DNA of 64,000 nucleotides from Pseudomonadota bacterium. GTDB lineage: Bacteria; Pseudomonadota; Alphaproteobacteria; Rhizobiales; Hyphomicrobiaceae. The position numbers and the translations under genes are program-made. Under the pieces are notes generated by a model. That model was given only the letters and a program-made list of their open reading frames with translations. It was not told where the DNA came from and searched no databases. Where the stretch lies: the NCBI GenBank assembly GCA_018242215.1, contig JAFECG010000019.1:547994-611993 (forward strand), read 5' to 3'. This document shows, piece by piece, positions 49,684 through 60,478 of this stretch; positions within the stretch are counted from its first letter, which is position 1, and every line of letters begins with the position of its first letter.

Positions 49684-51054
49684 ATGACCGCCCGTGTTCT
49701 CGTCGTCGATGATATCCTCGCGAACCTGAAGCTTCTGGAAGCGAGGCTTCGGGCCGAGTATTTTGAAGTTCTGACAGCCAGTGGCGGACAGCAAGCTCTG
49801 GACATCCTGGAGCGCGAGAGTGTCGATGTCGTGCTTCTCGACGTTATGATGCCGGGGATGGATGGGTTCGAAACCTGCCGGCGCATCAAAGGCAGTCACA
49901 TAACCCACCATATTCCGGTCGTGATGGTCACGGCGCTCGACCAGCCTTCCGACAAAGTCTTGGGGCTCGAAAGCGGCGCGGACGATTTCCTGACAAAGCC
50001 GGTCGATGATATCGCGCTCGTGACGCGCGTCAGAAATCTCGCACGTCTCAAGATGCTCAACGACGAGATGATGATGCGGGCGTCGACAGGCAAGGACATG
50101 GGAATTCCGGACGATGGATCTCTCGCGCGCGCCCTTTCGGCGCGTTCCGGGCGCGTCCTCCTCGTCGACGATCATCCACGTTCATCGCCGCGGCTGCTCG
50201 AAGTGTTGTCACGCGCGAACGATGCGCACGCTGAAAGCGATGCACAGACCGCGCTGATGCGGCTTGCGGAAGGCAACTTCGATCTGCTGATCGTAAGTCT
50301 TTCCCTCGCAGGATCCGATGGATTGCGACTTTGCTCTCAGGTGCGGTCACTGGAACGGACGCGCCATCTGCCCGTCATCATGCTCGTCGAACCCGGTGAT
50401 GAAGCGCGGCTGCTTCGCGGGCTCGATATGGGCGTCAACGATTATCTGATCCGTCCGATTGACCGGCATGAGCTATTGGCCCGGGTCAAGACGCAGATCA
50501 AACGGAAGCGCCATTCCGATTTTCTGCGGCATCGGCTTGCGGAAAGCGTCGAGCTGTCGATTACGGATTCTCTCACCGGCCTGCACAACCGGCGCTACAT
50601 GGAAGGGCATTTGAGAACGCTCGTCTCGGAGGCGGCGCGAACGGGCCGGAACCTCTCGATGCTCGTTGCAGATATCGATTACTTCAAAGCCGTAAACGAT
50701 ACCTATGGCCATGACGCCGGCGATGCCGTTTTGAAGGAGTTCTCAGTCCGCCTGAAACGAAACACCCGCGGGGTCGATCTCGCGTGCCGGCTCGGCGGCG
50801 AGGAGTTTGTGATCATCATGCCGGATACCGACATCACCCATGCATACCAGGTGGGGGAGAGATTGCGGGCGTGCGTTGCTTCCGACGAATTCATGATCGG
50901 CGACGGGCGGAATATCCGCGTAACGGCCAGCGTCGGTATTGGCACGCTGGAAGCGCCTGACGATACCCCGGATACGATGTTCAAGCGTGCGGACAGCGCG
51001 CTTTATATCGCCAAGAGGCGTGGGCGAAATCGGGTCGTTGCCGACGCGGCGTAA
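49684..51054 (+). CDS. pleD: Response regulator diguanylate cyclase PleD (REC-REC-GGDEF)
   Basis: It has two receiver domains and a GGDEF domain with the active site RLGGEEFVIIM and an upstream RxxD-type I-site region. Confidence 0.9.
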   Translation: MTARVLVVDDILANLKLLEARLRAEYFEVLTASGGQQALDILERESVDVVLLDVMMPGMDGFETCRRIKGSHITHHIPVVMVTALDQPSDKVLGLESGADDFLTKPVDDIALVTRVRNLARLKMLNDEMMMRASTGKDMGIPDDGSLARALSARSGRVLLVDDHPRSSPRLLEVLSRANDAHAESDAQTALMRLAEGNFDLLIVSLSLAGSDGLRLCSQVRSLERTRHLPVIMLVEPGDEARLLRGLDMGVNDYLIRPIDRHELLARVKTQIKRKRHSDFLRHRLAESVELSITDSLTGLHNRRYMEGHLRTLVSEAARTGRNLSMLVADIDYFKAVNDTYGHDAGDAVLKEFSVRLKRNTRGVDLACRLGGEEFVIIMPDTDITHAYQVGERLRACVASDEFMIGDGRNIRVTASVGIGTLEAPDDTPDTMFKRADSALYIAKRRGRNRVVADAA

Positions 51055-51639
51055 TTGCTACTTTGTGTCGATATCCCGTTGCGATTGTGCCATTTGCGTC
51101 GGCAATTCCGATTGCTATCCTGCGGGGATTGCAAACTGACAGATATTTCCGAGGGTTAGATATTTCGCTATTTTTCGGATCTCACGCCGAATCGTAGCCG
51201 CAATGACACAGTAAAGCAGTTGTTGCTTTCTGCTACGTATTCTGGCACCAATCTACGCGACAAAGTGGGGATAAACAGGAATTTTGCGTTAATTTGACGC
51301 CATCCTTGCGGAGCTTTGCTTTTGGGATGGCGATCATAAGATCCCGCGCTATTGGGCCCGCCGCATAGCCTGATAGAGTGGGGTATGATCGAACCGAGTG
51401 ACCACACGAGTGGCCTCCTCGAACGGTTGCGGAGGGTCGATCGCGAAGCTGGGTGAGGAACAACGCCCTCTTTGAACCTCGCCCGGTCGTGGCCAGGGTT
51501 GCGAAGCTGTCTCGGAACGATTTACCCCGCTGCCGAGTTTGCTTTAAGCCCTGGCCACATTGTACTTAGCCAGTGCTTTTCACCCCCGATCGACCATCGT
51601 CAATCGCAGTTGCCATGGTAAATGCGCCCAGTGCGCTAT

Positions 51640-51807
51640 TTACTTAATCTTTGTTTCTTTGAATTCGACGTGCTTGCGGGCAACGGGATCGTATTTCTTA
51701 AAAACAAGCTTTTCCGTCGACGTGCGCGGGTTCTTCTTCGTGACATAGAAGAAGCCCGTTCCGGCGGACGACAACAGTTTGATCTTTTGTGTAATAGGCT
51801 TTGCCAT
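51640..51807 (-). CDS. rpmG: 50S ribosomal protein L33
   Basis: The 55-aa product is [55 protein letters not shown]. The track ORF start at 51885 is a spurious extension. Confidence 0.95.
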   Translation of the reverse strand: MAKPITQKIKLLSSAGTGFFYVTKKNPRTSTEKLVFKKYDPVARKHVEFKETKIK

Positions 51808-51881
51808 GGATCGTGGCCTTAAGTGAACTGCCAAGAAACCTTGGCCAAGGAGCGCGCAACATACGCGCCAACTTTGCCATG

Positions 51882-52559
51882 TCAAGGCGGCGAAGGTGCG
51901 ACTTTACACGATATCAGCTCGCGGCGGAAGGACGAGTTGTCGTAATAATAGAAAGGTAGAGTTTCGCTGCTGTCATGGATGGCGCGCGCATTCGCCAGCA
52001 CCGCTGTCACATCATTGAGAATGAGCCGAGTGATATTCGGTAAGTCGAGATTGGCGGCTTCGGAAAATGTGAACCAATCGAGATCGAGCAATTCGCCATC
52101 CGTCGTCGCGTGGTTCGCCGAAAGAGCATCGGCGCTCGCCATGAAGAACCAAGTGTCGTAGCGGCGCACACGTCCGGGCGGTGTGATTGCGCGTGCCAGC
52201 GGAAAGAGATGTACGGGTGCGGGCGTTTGCCCGGATGCTGCGAACATTTTCCAGACCGGCGTCGTGCTATCAAAAGGTTCATCGCTGCCGATCAGCAATC
52301 CGGTTTCCTCGTAAAGCTCGCGGATTCCTGCGAGCGCAAACGGCCTGATCTCGTTCGCAAGGTCGCGGGGCGAGAACACGCCTGAAAACAGATCGGCAAA
52401 TCGGCGGTCTTCATCCTCGACGCGGCCGCCGGGAAACACCCACTTGTCCGGTAGAAAAACCTGATCTGCATGGCGACGGCCCATGAGCAGTTTAGGCTCC
52501 GCCTGCGAGAGGTCCACGACAAGGAGGCAGGCAGCGTCGCGGATCGCGGCTTCGGCCAT
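51882..52559 (-). CDS. NUDIX hydrolase
   Basis: Track ORF 51882..52637. The Nudix elements are WVFPGGRVE and [11 protein letters not shown] moved the start to the ATG at 52559 (MAEAAIRD) to remove the overlap with the upstream gene; the start is uncertain. Confidence 0.75.
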   Translation of the reverse strand: MAEAAIRDAACLLVVDLSQAEPKLLMGRRHADQVFLPDKWVFPGGRVEDEDRRFADLFSGVFSPRDLANEIRPFALAGIRELYEETGLLIGSDEPFDSTTPVWKMFAASGQTPAPVHLFPLARAITPPGRVRRYDTWFFMASADALSANHATTDGELLDLDWFTFSEAANLDLPNITRLILNDVTAVLANARAIHDSSETLPFYYYDNSSFRRELISCKVAPSPP

Positions 52560-52603
52560 CACCTGATCGGCTTGCCGTTCGGATTCAGGGATCGACGGCA
52601 CGA

Positions 52604-53059
52604 CTAGGATGCTGTCTCGGCCGGCGGTGGCGGCCACTCTTCGGGTTCATCGAGGCTCGGGTCGCCGAAGCCGTGCATGCGAAGCGCCCATTGATAACCG
52701 ATCAATGTTCCCTTGACGCGAGGAAGAAGCCACAAGCTCAGCAGCACGAGCGTGGGAAGCCAGATCGCGAGTTGCACCCATGTCGGCGGCGAATACAGCT
52801 GCTCGAGGATCAGAATTCCGCCAACCACGATGTGCGCCGTGATCGTCATGACGAAATAGGGAGGCGCGTCGTCAGCCCGCTGGTGAAAGAGCTCGGTCTT
52901 GCACTCGGGACATACGTCGTTGACTTTGAGATATTTCCCGTAAAGGCGCCCGCTGCCGCAACTTGGACACCGCTGCCGCCAGCCGCGCTTCATCGCCGGC
53001 CATACGTCGCGGGGTGAGCCGTCGTCGATTGGATGCACTGTCTCGTGGAGGTCTGCCAT
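52604..53059 (-). CDS. DUF983 domain membrane protein
   Basis: The zinc-ribbon-like segment CPSCGSGRLYGKYLKVNDVCPECKTEL is followed by DDAPPYFVMTITAHIVVGGIL and TM helices. Confidence 0.75.
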   Translation of the reverse strand: MADLHETVHPIDDGSPRDVWPAMKRGWRQRCPSCGSGRLYGKYLKVNDVCPECKTELFHQRADDAPPYFVMTITAHIVVGGILILEQLYSPPTWVQLAIWLPTLVLLSLWLLPRVKGTLIGYQWALRMHGFGDPSLDEPEEWPPPPAETAS

Positions 53060-53130
53060 TTTATGGTGATGGGCCCTCTCTGGACCGAGGTCAAGGCGGG
53101 GGGTTGTCCTGCGGCGTTAATGGCGGGTTT

Positions 53131-55407
53131 TCAGCGTCGCCGGCCGTGCGACTTTCCGAACTTTCTTTTGCCGCTTGTGCTGCGACGCAAAGCAGGGTTC
53201 GAACTGAAATGACTGCGCGACGGCTCCGTCAGCATTTCGAAGCGAAGCGCGCCTGCCGACGGGATCGCCTCAAGCAGACGAACCTCGACGGTATCACCGA
53301 GACGGTAGCCCTCTCCCGATCTGGCGCCGATCAACGCGTGCGCGGCTTCGACGTGATGGTAATAATCGTTTCCGAGGCTCGAAATCGGGATGTATCCATC
53401 GGCGCCCGTCTCCTTGAGGCGAACGAAGAGGCCAGACCGCGTCACGCCGGCAATGCGAGCAGTGAATGTGGCACCGATACGGTCGGCAAGATGGGCGGCG
53501 ATGAGACGGTCCGTTGTCTCGCGCTCGGCGGACATCGCGCGTCGCTCGGTATCGGAAATCGCTTTGGCGATGTTTCCCAGACGCGGGATTTCGTCGTCCG
53601 TCAGCCCATCTGATCCGAGATTCAACGCACGGATCAGCGCCCGGTGCACGATGAGGTCGGCATATCGCCGGATCGGCGACGTGAAGTGGGCATAGCGGAC
53701 GAGGTTCAGACCGAAGTGTCCGATGTTCTTCGGATTGTATTCGGCCTGGGACTGCGAGCGCAGAATGACTTCGCTGATGAGATCCGGCACAGGCAAGTCT
53801 TTTGCCTGCTGGAGAACGCGATTGAACGCTTCCGGCTTCAGCGCGCCCGCGTGGGGGATCTTCATGTCGAGCGTTTCGAGGAAATCGCGCAAGCCTTTGA
53901 GTTTCTCAGGGCTCGGCTGATCATGGACGCGGTAGACGAGGGGAAGGCGCTTTTCTTCCAAGGTTTCGGCGGCCGCGACATTCGCCTGAATCATGAACTC
54001 TTCGATGAGGCGATGGGCTTCGAGACGCTCGGGAATGACAACGCGCGCGACCTTGCCTTCCTCATTCAGCACGATCTTTCGCTCGGGCAGGTCGAGATCG
54101 AGGGGGCCGCGCTTGTCCCGCGCTTTGGCGACGATCCGGTAAGCGGACCAGAGCGGAAGCAGCGCGCGTTCCATCAAAGGCTGACATTTTTCCGACGGCT
54201 TGCCATCAATCGCGGCCTGCGCCTCCTGATAGGAGAGCTTCGCTGCCGACTTCATCATGGCACGCAGAAACGTATGGCTTCGTTTTTCGCCGTGGTTGTC
54301 GAAGACCATGCGGACAGCGAGGCACGGCCGGTCCTCAAGCTCGCGCAATGAGCAAAGGTCGTTCGAAATCTTCTCCGGAAGCATCGGCACGACGCGATCG
54401 GGAAAATAGACGGAGTTGCCGCGCAGTTGCGCCTCACGGTCGAGCTTCGAACCCGGGCGGATATAGTGTGCAACATCGGCGATGGCGACAATCACGACAA
54501 AGCCACCGGAATTCTTCGGGTCGGAATCCGGTTCGGCATGAACCGCGTCATCGTGATCGCGGGCATCCATCGGGTCGATCGTCAGCAGCGGCACATTGCG
54601 GAGATCCATGCGCGCGTCCATCGTCGGCGGCGAGAGCGTTTCGCATTCCTTCAGAACGGATTCTGGAAAATCCTCAGGGATGCCGTGGGCATGAATGGCG
54701 ATAAGCGAAATCTTCCGCTGATCATCGGGATTGCCGAGGCTCTCGACAATTTCGGCGCGGGGCGTCGCAAAGCGACCGCGGCGATTGAGCTGGAAGCGGA
54801 CAAGGTCTCCATCTTCAGCACTGCCCATGTCGTCGGGCAGTATGGGCCAGCTCTTCAATTCCTTGCGGTCGATCGGTTCGATGGTGCCGCCGCCGCGTTT
54901 TGAAGCGCGGAAGATGCCGAGCAGCCTTCGCTTCTCGCGGGGAAGCTTCTTGATCGGCGTTGCTTCGTAGGATGCCGGGCCGCTTCCACGCGGCAGTTTG
55001 TGGAGGCGCGCAAGAAGATGATCGCCGACGCCGATTTCGGCGTCGCGTCCGTCGCGGGCAGCGACAACGCGGACGACCGGGCGTCTGCCGTCGGATTCTT
55101 CCCACTGCAGCGGTTTCGCCAGCAGATCGCCGTCATCATCGCGGCCAGTAATTTCGAGTGTTGTGACGGACGCGAGCTTGCCCTTTTCGCGCAGGTGCTT
55201 CTTGTCACCCGCGAGCGTACCTTCTTCCGCCATTTCGGCGAGCAAGCGTTTCAACGCGATTTTTGCGCCGCCTGATACACCGAAGGCTCGCGCGATCTCG
55301 CGTTTTCCCGCTTTGCCGGGTGCAGAATTCAAAAATTCGAGGATCTGCTCTTTCGTGGGCAGGCCGCCATCGGCTGGGGCTCGCGTCGCACTGGATTTGC
55401 GGGCCAC
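53131..55407 (-). CDS. rnr: Ribonuclease R
   Basis: The 758-aa product has an RNB catalytic core (TIDPMDARDHDDAVH...) and a C-terminal S1 domain (FTARIAGVTRSGLFVRLKETGADGYIPIS), and ends in a basic tail. Confidence 0.9.
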   Translation of the reverse strand: MARKSSATRAPADGGLPTKEQILEFLNSAPGKAGKREIARAFGVSGGAKIALKRLLAEMAEEGTLAGDKKHLREKGKLASVTTLEITGRDDDGDLLAKPLQWEESDGRRPVVRVVAARDGRDAEIGVGDHLLARLHKLPRGSGPASYEATPIKKLPREKRRLLGIFRASKRGGGTIEPIDRKELKSWPILPDDMGSAEDGDLVRFQLNRRGRFATPRAEIVESLGNPDDQRKISLIAIHAHGIPEDFPESVLKECETLSPPTMDARMDLRNVPLLTIDPMDARDHDDAVHAEPDSDPKNSGGFVVIVAIADVAHYIRPGSKLDREAQLRGNSVYFPDRVVPMLPEKISNDLCSLRELEDRPCLAVRMVFDNHGEKRSHTFLRAMMKSAAKLSYQEAQAAIDGKPSEKCQPLMERALLPLWSAYRIVAKARDKRGPLDLDLPERKIVLNEEGKVARVVIPERLEAHRLIEEFMIQANVAAAETLEEKRLPLVYRVHDQPSPEKLKGLRDFLETLDMKIPHAGALKPEAFNRVLQQAKDLPVPDLISEVILRSQSQAEYNPKNIGHFGLNLVRYAHFTSPIRRYADLIVHRALIRALNLGSDGLTDDEIPRLGNIAKAISDTERRAMSAERETTDRLIAAHLADRIGATFTARIAGVTRSGLFVRLKETGADGYIPISSLGNDYYHHVEAAHALIGARSGEGYRLGDTVEVRLLEAIPSAGALRFEMLTEPSRSHFSSNPALRRSTSGKRKFGKSHGRRR

Positions 55408-55430
55408 CAGGGTGCCTCGTCGTTTTGCGG

Positions 55431-58214
55431 TCAGGCTTTTGCCCTTGCAAGTTTCTTGGTCTCGGGGGAAGCCGAATCCGATTTCTTCGCCGGGGTTTTC
55501 CCGGATTTCGTCGCAGCCGGTTTCTTTGCGGCTTTCGTAGCGGCCGCCTTTTCCGCCTTCGATGCTTTCGCAGTCTTTGCGGGTTTATCTTCCTTTGCAG
55601 CTTTGGCCTTGGCACCGCGTGCAGGCTTGCCCTTCTTGCCGCCGCCGTTTGCGATGCGTTCGGCGAGAAGCGCCAGCGCTTCGTCCATCGTCAGATCCGC
55701 AGGGTTCTTGGCTCGCGGAACGGTGGCGTTGACCTTGTTATGCGTGACGTAAGGACCATAGCGGCCTTCGAGCACCTGTACCGGGCCGCCTTCGCTTGGG
55801 TGCTGTCCCAGTTCTTTCACGACCTTCGGGGCGTTGCGCTGGAATCGACTCTTGCCGCCGCCCGCGCGTTTTTCGGCAATAAGCGTGACGGCGCGATTGA
55901 GGCCGATGGTAAAGACGTCTTCAAGGCTTTCGAGATTGACGTATGTCTTCGCGCCGTCTTTCTCATGCAGGATGAACGGGCCGAAACGCCCGAGGCCGGC
56001 GGTGATCATACCGCCTTCGGGGTGCTCTCCGACATCGCGCGGCAGCGACAGAAGCTGCATCGCCCGTTCGAAGTCGAGCGTCGCGGCGTCGATCCCTTTC
56101 GGAATGCTCGAACGCTTCGGCTTCTCGTCGCCTTCAGCTTCGCCCAATTGGATATAGGGTCCGAAGCGGCCGGTCTTCAGCGTCACCGCGAGGCCGTCCT
56201 CATTGTAACCAAGGATCTTGCCGTCCAGCGCAGCTGCATCGCCGTCAGTGTTCTGTGTCAGTTGACGCGTGTAGTTGCATTCAGGGTAATTGCCGCAGCC
56301 TATGAAGGCGCCATATTTTCCCGAGATTTTAAGGCTCAGGCGGCCCGTGCCGCACTTCGGGCAAAGGCGCGGATCGCTGCCGTCACCCTTGTCGGGGAAG
56401 ACGTGCGGCCCGAGCATTTCGTTCAGCGCTTCGAGGACGTCGCCGACACGGAGATCCTTGATCTCGCCAACGGCCGCCATGAAGTCGCGCCAGAAATCGC
56501 GCAGCACGTCTTTATATTCGAGCTCATCATTCGAGATGAGGTCGAGTTTTTCCTCGAGATCGGCCGTGAAATCGTATTCGACATAGCGCTTGAAGAAGCT
56601 TTCGAGGAACGCGATGACGAGGCGTCCCTTGTCCTCGGGAACGAGGCGCTTCTTTTCGATCCGTACGTAATCGCGATCGACGAGGACTGCCATCGTCGAA
56701 GCGTACGTCGACGGGCGGCCGATGCCGAGTTCTTCCATACGCTTCACCAGCGTCGCTTCGGAGAAGCGCGGCGGCGGCTGGGTGAAGTGCTGGTCGGCGC
56801 TGATTTCCTTGTCTTTCAAATGATCGCCAACGGCGAGCGGCGGCAAGCGGCGGTTGTTCTCGTCTTCGTCCGACGTATCGTCCTTGCCTTTTTCGATTGC
56901 GCGCACGCGATCGTCGCGGCCTTCCTCATAAACTTTCAAAAAGCCATCAAACAAGAGAACCGAGCCATTGGCGCGCATGCCATAGGTCTTGCCATCGGCG
57001 CCTTTGACTTCAATTTCAGCGGTCGTCTGCTCGATATCGGCGGGTGCCATCTGACTGGCGATGGTGCGTTTCCAGATCAAGTCATAAAGAGCGGCCTGGT
57101 CCTTCTCGAGGTGTTTGCGGACCTGATCGGGTGTGCGGCGCGGGTCTGTCGGGCGGATGGCCTCGTGCGCTTCCTGGGCGTTCTTGGCCTTGGTTTTGTA
57201 CTCGCGTGCGAACGGTGTGTAGTTCCGGCCGTATTCCGCCGAGATCACGTCGCGGATGGCGCTGACGGCCTCGGGAACGATCTGGACGCCGTCCGTTCGC
57301 ATATAGGTAATGAGGCCAACGGTCTCGCCACCAATGTCGACGCCTTCATAGAGGCGCTGGGCAATCTGCATCGTCTGCTTTGCCGAGAAGCCGAGCTTGC
57401 GGGAAGCATCCATCTGCAGCGTCGAGGTGGTGAACGGCGGAAAGGGATTGCGCTTCGTCGCTTTCTTCTCGACCGACGCGACGCGGAAATCCCGGCCGAG
57501 CAAGGCATTCTTGATCGCCGTGGCCGTCGCTTCGTCTTTGATATCCAGTTTTTTCAGCGCCGTGCCATCGATGGCAACGAGGCGGGAGCGTACATCTTCG
57601 TTCTTTGCAGTCGAAAGAAGGGCCTCGATCGTCCAGTATTCTTCGGTTTTGAATGCCTCGATTTCGGCTTCGCGGTCGCAAATGAGCCGGAGTGCGACGG
57701 ACTGGACGCGGCCGGCTGAGCGCGAGCCGGGGAGCTTGCGCCAGAGAACGGGCGACAGCGTGAAGCCGACCAAATAGTCGAGGGCCCGGCGGGCGAGGTA
57801 GGCGTCAACCAGCGGCTCATCGATCTTCCGCGGCTCTTTTAATGCGGCAAGGATCGACTGTTTGGTAATGGCGTTGAAGGCGACGCGCTCGACCTCGGTG
57901 TCCTTCTTAAGCGCCTTCTTTTGATTGAGAATCTGCAGGATATGCCACGAGATCGCCTCGCCCTCGCGATCAGGGTCGGTGGCGAGGATCAGCTTGTCGG
58001 CCTTTTTGACCGCCTCGGCGATCTCACGCATGATCTTCTGGGATTTCGCGTCGACTTCCCAATGCATGTTGAAATCGTGGTCGGGCTCGACAGAGCCATC
58101 TTTCGCAGGCAAGTCGCGGACGTGCCCGTAAGACGCGATGACCTTGTAGCCTGAACCCAAATATTTGTTGATCGTCTTGGCCTTAGCGGCGGATTCGACG
58201 ATGACGACATTCAT
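55431..58214 (-). CDS. topA: DNA topoisomerase I
   Basis: The TOPRIM N-terminus is MNVVIVESAAKAKTINKYLG...ATDPDREGEAISWH, and the type IA core contains ITYMRTD. The tail is Lys/Ala-rich. I moved the start to the ATG at complement 58212-58214. Confidence 0.95.
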   Translation of the reverse strand: MNVVIVESAAKAKTINKYLGSGYKVIASYGHVRDLPAKDGSVEPDHDFNMHWEVDAKSQKIMREIAEAVKKADKLILATDPDREGEAISWHILQILNQKKALKKDTEVERVAFNAITKQSILAALKEPRKIDEPLVDAYLARRALDYLVGFTLSPVLWRKLPGSRSAGRVQSVALRLICDREAEIEAFKTEEYWTIEALLSTAKNEDVRSRLVAIDGTALKKLDIKDEATATAIKNALLGRDFRVASVEKKATKRNPFPPFTTSTLQMDASRKLGFSAKQTMQIAQRLYEGVDIGGETVGLITYMRTDGVQIVPEAVSAIRDVISAEYGRNYTPFAREYKTKAKNAQEAHEAIRPTDPRRTPDQVRKHLEKDQAALYDLIWKRTIASQMAPADIEQTTAEIEVKGADGKTYGMRANGSVLLFDGFLKVYEEGRDDRVRAIEKGKDDTSDEDENNRRLPPLAVGDHLKDKEISADQHFTQPPPRFSEATLVKRMEELGIGRPSTYASTMAVLVDRDYVRIEKKRLVPEDKGRLVIAFLESFFKRYVEYDFTADLEEKLDLISNDELEYKDVLRDFWRDFMAAVGEIKDLRVGDVLEALNEMLGPHVFPDKGDGSDPRLCPKCGTGRLSLKISGKYGAFIGCGNYPECNYTRQLTQNTDGDAAALDGKILGYNEDGLAVTLKTGRFGPYIQLGEAEGDEKPKRSSIPKGIDAATLDFERAMQLLSLPRDVGEHPEGGMITAGLGRFGPFILHEKDGAKTYVNLESLEDVFTIGLNRAVTLIAEKRAGGGKSRFQRNAPKVVKELGQHPSEGGPVQVLEGRYGPYVTHNKVNATVPRAKNPADLTMDEALALLAERIANGGGKKGKPARGAKAKAAKEDKPAKTAKASKAEKAAATKAAKKPAATKSGKTPAKKSDSASPETKKLARAKA

Positions 58215-58406
58215 CTGGCGATTTCGCTCCTGGCGCCGCAGAAACCCGCAGTTGCTGCGGATCAGCGGCTTCAATCTGGTGCCGCTCGGCGGGGCGGGAA
58301 CATGGTTGATCGCCGCAGCGCTGTCAAATCCCTGGTTGTTCCATTTGGGATTGTGAAGCGTTAATATTGCAACTATAGAGAGATCTGGATACGTTAAGCA
58401 TATCGG

Positions 58407-58625
58407 GTGCGGTATGGAATGAGTTTAGTCGCTATGGACGATTTGGACAGCGGTGGTGTTACTGGCGGGGCGGAGGGCGTTCGGCGGGAGAACCTTGAAT
58501 ATCTTGCTGATTTAATCGGAGAATTGCAGCAACTGGCAGAACGGGAGGGTTGCTGCACGCTCTCGCGGCTGCTCGCGATTTCCCACGCTGAGGCTCAACG
58601 CGAAACCCGCCGCGCAGGACCTTAG
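58407..58625 (+). CDS. Hypothetical small ORF (72 aa) in the topA-dprA spacer
   Basis: Track ORF only. The helical-looking product reads ENLEYLADLIGELQQLAEREGCCTLSRLLAISHAEAQRE. Many codons end in A/T, which is atypical for this genome. No family was recognised, and it may be non-coding. Confidence 0.2.
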   Translation: MRYGMSLVAMDDLDSGGVTGGAEGVRRENLEYLADLIGELQQLAEREGCCTLSRLLAISHAEAQRETRRAGP

Positions 58626-58633
58626 AGCAACGA

Positions 58634-59815
58634 TCAGCTGCGCTTCAACGCAACGAGGCTGTGGCCCTGCCGCTCGATGCGGCCTGCCAGATCGAGTTCC
58701 AGCAGGGCGATTTGGACCGCCTGGGCGTTGAGGCCTGTTTGGCGGGCGATCGCGTCAGCTGCGACCGGAGCCGGACCAAGCGCGGTCAGAACGGCCTTCA
58801 GAACGTCTTCAGGAGCGAAATCGGTCGCCGCCGGGAGCGGAACTGAGGGTACCGGCTCGGCAGATACGCGGTCCATGTATTCGATGTGGCGTTCTTCGAG
58901 CCCGAGAATGGGGCGAAGAACCGCGATGGTGTCCTCCGCTTCCGTGACAAGCGTTGCGCCCTGTTTGATCAGGCGGTTGGTTCCTTCCGCACGCGGGTCA
59001 AGCGGGTGGCCTGGGACTGCGAAGACCTCACGGCCCAGTTCGTTCGCATACCGGGCCGTTACGAGCGTTCCGGAGCGAGCGGCTGCTTCTATAATGACAA
59101 CACCATATGCGAGGCCAGCGATGATGCGGTTCCGTCGAGGGAAGTCCTTATCTCGTGGTTGAAGACCGGGCGGCCTGTCCGTGATGAGGCACCCATCGGA
59201 GCCTATGCGCGCCTGCAACTCGGCATGCTCCGGGGGATAGATCCAGTCTATACCTCCCGCCAGTACGGCTATCGTGCCGCTCTTCAGCGATGCTTCGTGA
59301 GCCGCGCGGTCGATGCCCCGGGCGAGTCCCGAGACGATGACAAAACCGACCCCGGCCAATTGGGTCGTAAACAACCTCGTCAATTGAACCCCCGCGGCAG
59401 AGCACTGCCGCGACCCCACGATCGCGACCGCCGGACGTTTCAAAAGCTCTAGGTTGCCTTTGACGTAGACCATCGGTGGCGGCGCATCGATCTGCGCCAG
59501 AAGTGACGGATAACCGGCTTCAACGGTGAACAGCGCGGCTGCACCGAGGCGCTCCGCCGTTTCGAGCTCGCGTTCGGCATCGGCCTTCGGGCAGATCCGA
59601 AGGGGACGGCCGGAGCCGCCACGCCGCGAAAGTGTCGGGAGGATCTCGAGCGCTTTGGCGGCGCCGCCGTAGTAGCTGATCAGATCGCGAAACGTCACCG
59701 GTCCAACGTTCTCCGACCGGATCAGCCGGAGACATGCCAATCTTTCCTCATCGGAGAGTTTCGCGGGTTGGGGGGACGCGGCGAAAAGCTCAGATTGGTC
59801 AGGTTTTGGAGCCAA
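58634..59815 (-). CDS. dprA: DNA-processing protein DprA
   Basis: The Rossmann-like DprA core is [48 protein letters not shown]...[11 protein letters not shown]. Confidence 0.9.
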   Translation of the reverse strand: MAPKPDQSELFAASPQPAKLSDEERLACLRLIRSENVGPVTFRDLISYYGGAAKALEILPTLSRRGGSGRPLRICPKADAERELETAERLGAAALFTVEAGYPSLLAQIDAPPPMVYVKGNLELLKRPAVAIVGSRQCSAAGVQLTRLFTTQLAGVGFVIVSGLARGIDRAAHEASLKSGTIAVLAGGIDWIYPPEHAELQARIGSDGCLITDRPPGLQPRDKDFPRRNRIIAGLAYGVVIIEAAARSGTLVTARYANELGREVFAVPGHPLDPRAEGTNRLIKQGATLVTEAEDTIAVLRPILGLEERHIEYMDRVSAEPVPSVPLPAATDFAPEDVLKAVLTALGPAPVAADAIARQTGLNAQAVQIALLELDLAGRIERQGHSLVALKRS

Positions 59816-60431
59816 TTCTCGGCTCCTCCCCAGCCAGAAGACGTTCGATGTTCGCGCGGTGCTTGAAGATGATCATCACGCTCATCAGCGTAACAGCGAC
59901 AGCGAGATTACGGTCTCCCCAGAACCACGATACAAGCGTGACCGCAAGCGTTGCGACGAGAGCGGCCAGCGAGGATATGCGGCCAAGCTTTGCGATTGCG
60001 AGCCATGAGACCGCAAAAACGGCGGCGAGTTGCCATGCGAGCGCGATCAGGACTCCGAGATATGTCGCGACACCCTTCCCGCCTTTGAAGCCGAGCCAAG
60101 CGGGATAGATATGCCCCAGGAATGCGGCAACGCCTGCCGTCATCGCAGGCGTCTCTCCGAGCCAATGCCTCGCTAACAGCACCGCAACCGCGCCCTTCGC
60201 TGCATCAAGAACGAGTGTGGCAGCCGCGAGTTTTTTGTTGCCGGTGCGCAGAACGTTTGTCGCGCCGATATTGCCGGAGCCGATCCGACGGATATCGCCC
60301 AATCCGGCCGCTTGGGTAAGCAGCAGGCCAAATGGAATGGAGCCCAGCAAATATCCAAGGATAAGTGCTGCGATCGTCGAGAGCCACGAGCCGTCGTCCG
60401 CCAGCAATGCCAAGGGTGACAAGAAGCTCAT
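59799..60431 (-). CDS. plsY: Glycerol-3-phosphate acyltransferase PlsY
   Basis: The product reads [37 protein letters not shown]...[10 protein letters not shown] and is a multi-TM protein of 210 aa. Confidence 0.9.
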   Translation of the reverse strand: MSFLSPLALLADDGSWLSTIAALILGYLLGSIPFGLLLTQAAGLGDIRRIGSGNIGATNVLRTGNKKLAAATLVLDAAKGAVAVLLARHWLGETPAMTAGVAAFLGHIYPAWLGFKGGKGVATYLGVLIALAWQLAAVFAVSWLAIAKLGRISSLAALVATLAVTLVSWFWGDRNLAVAVTLMSVMIIFKHRANIERLLAGEEPRIGSKT

Positions 60432-60478
60432 GACTGAAAATTCTCGCGTGCCGAAGGATCGAGCCCGAGCGTTAAAGC

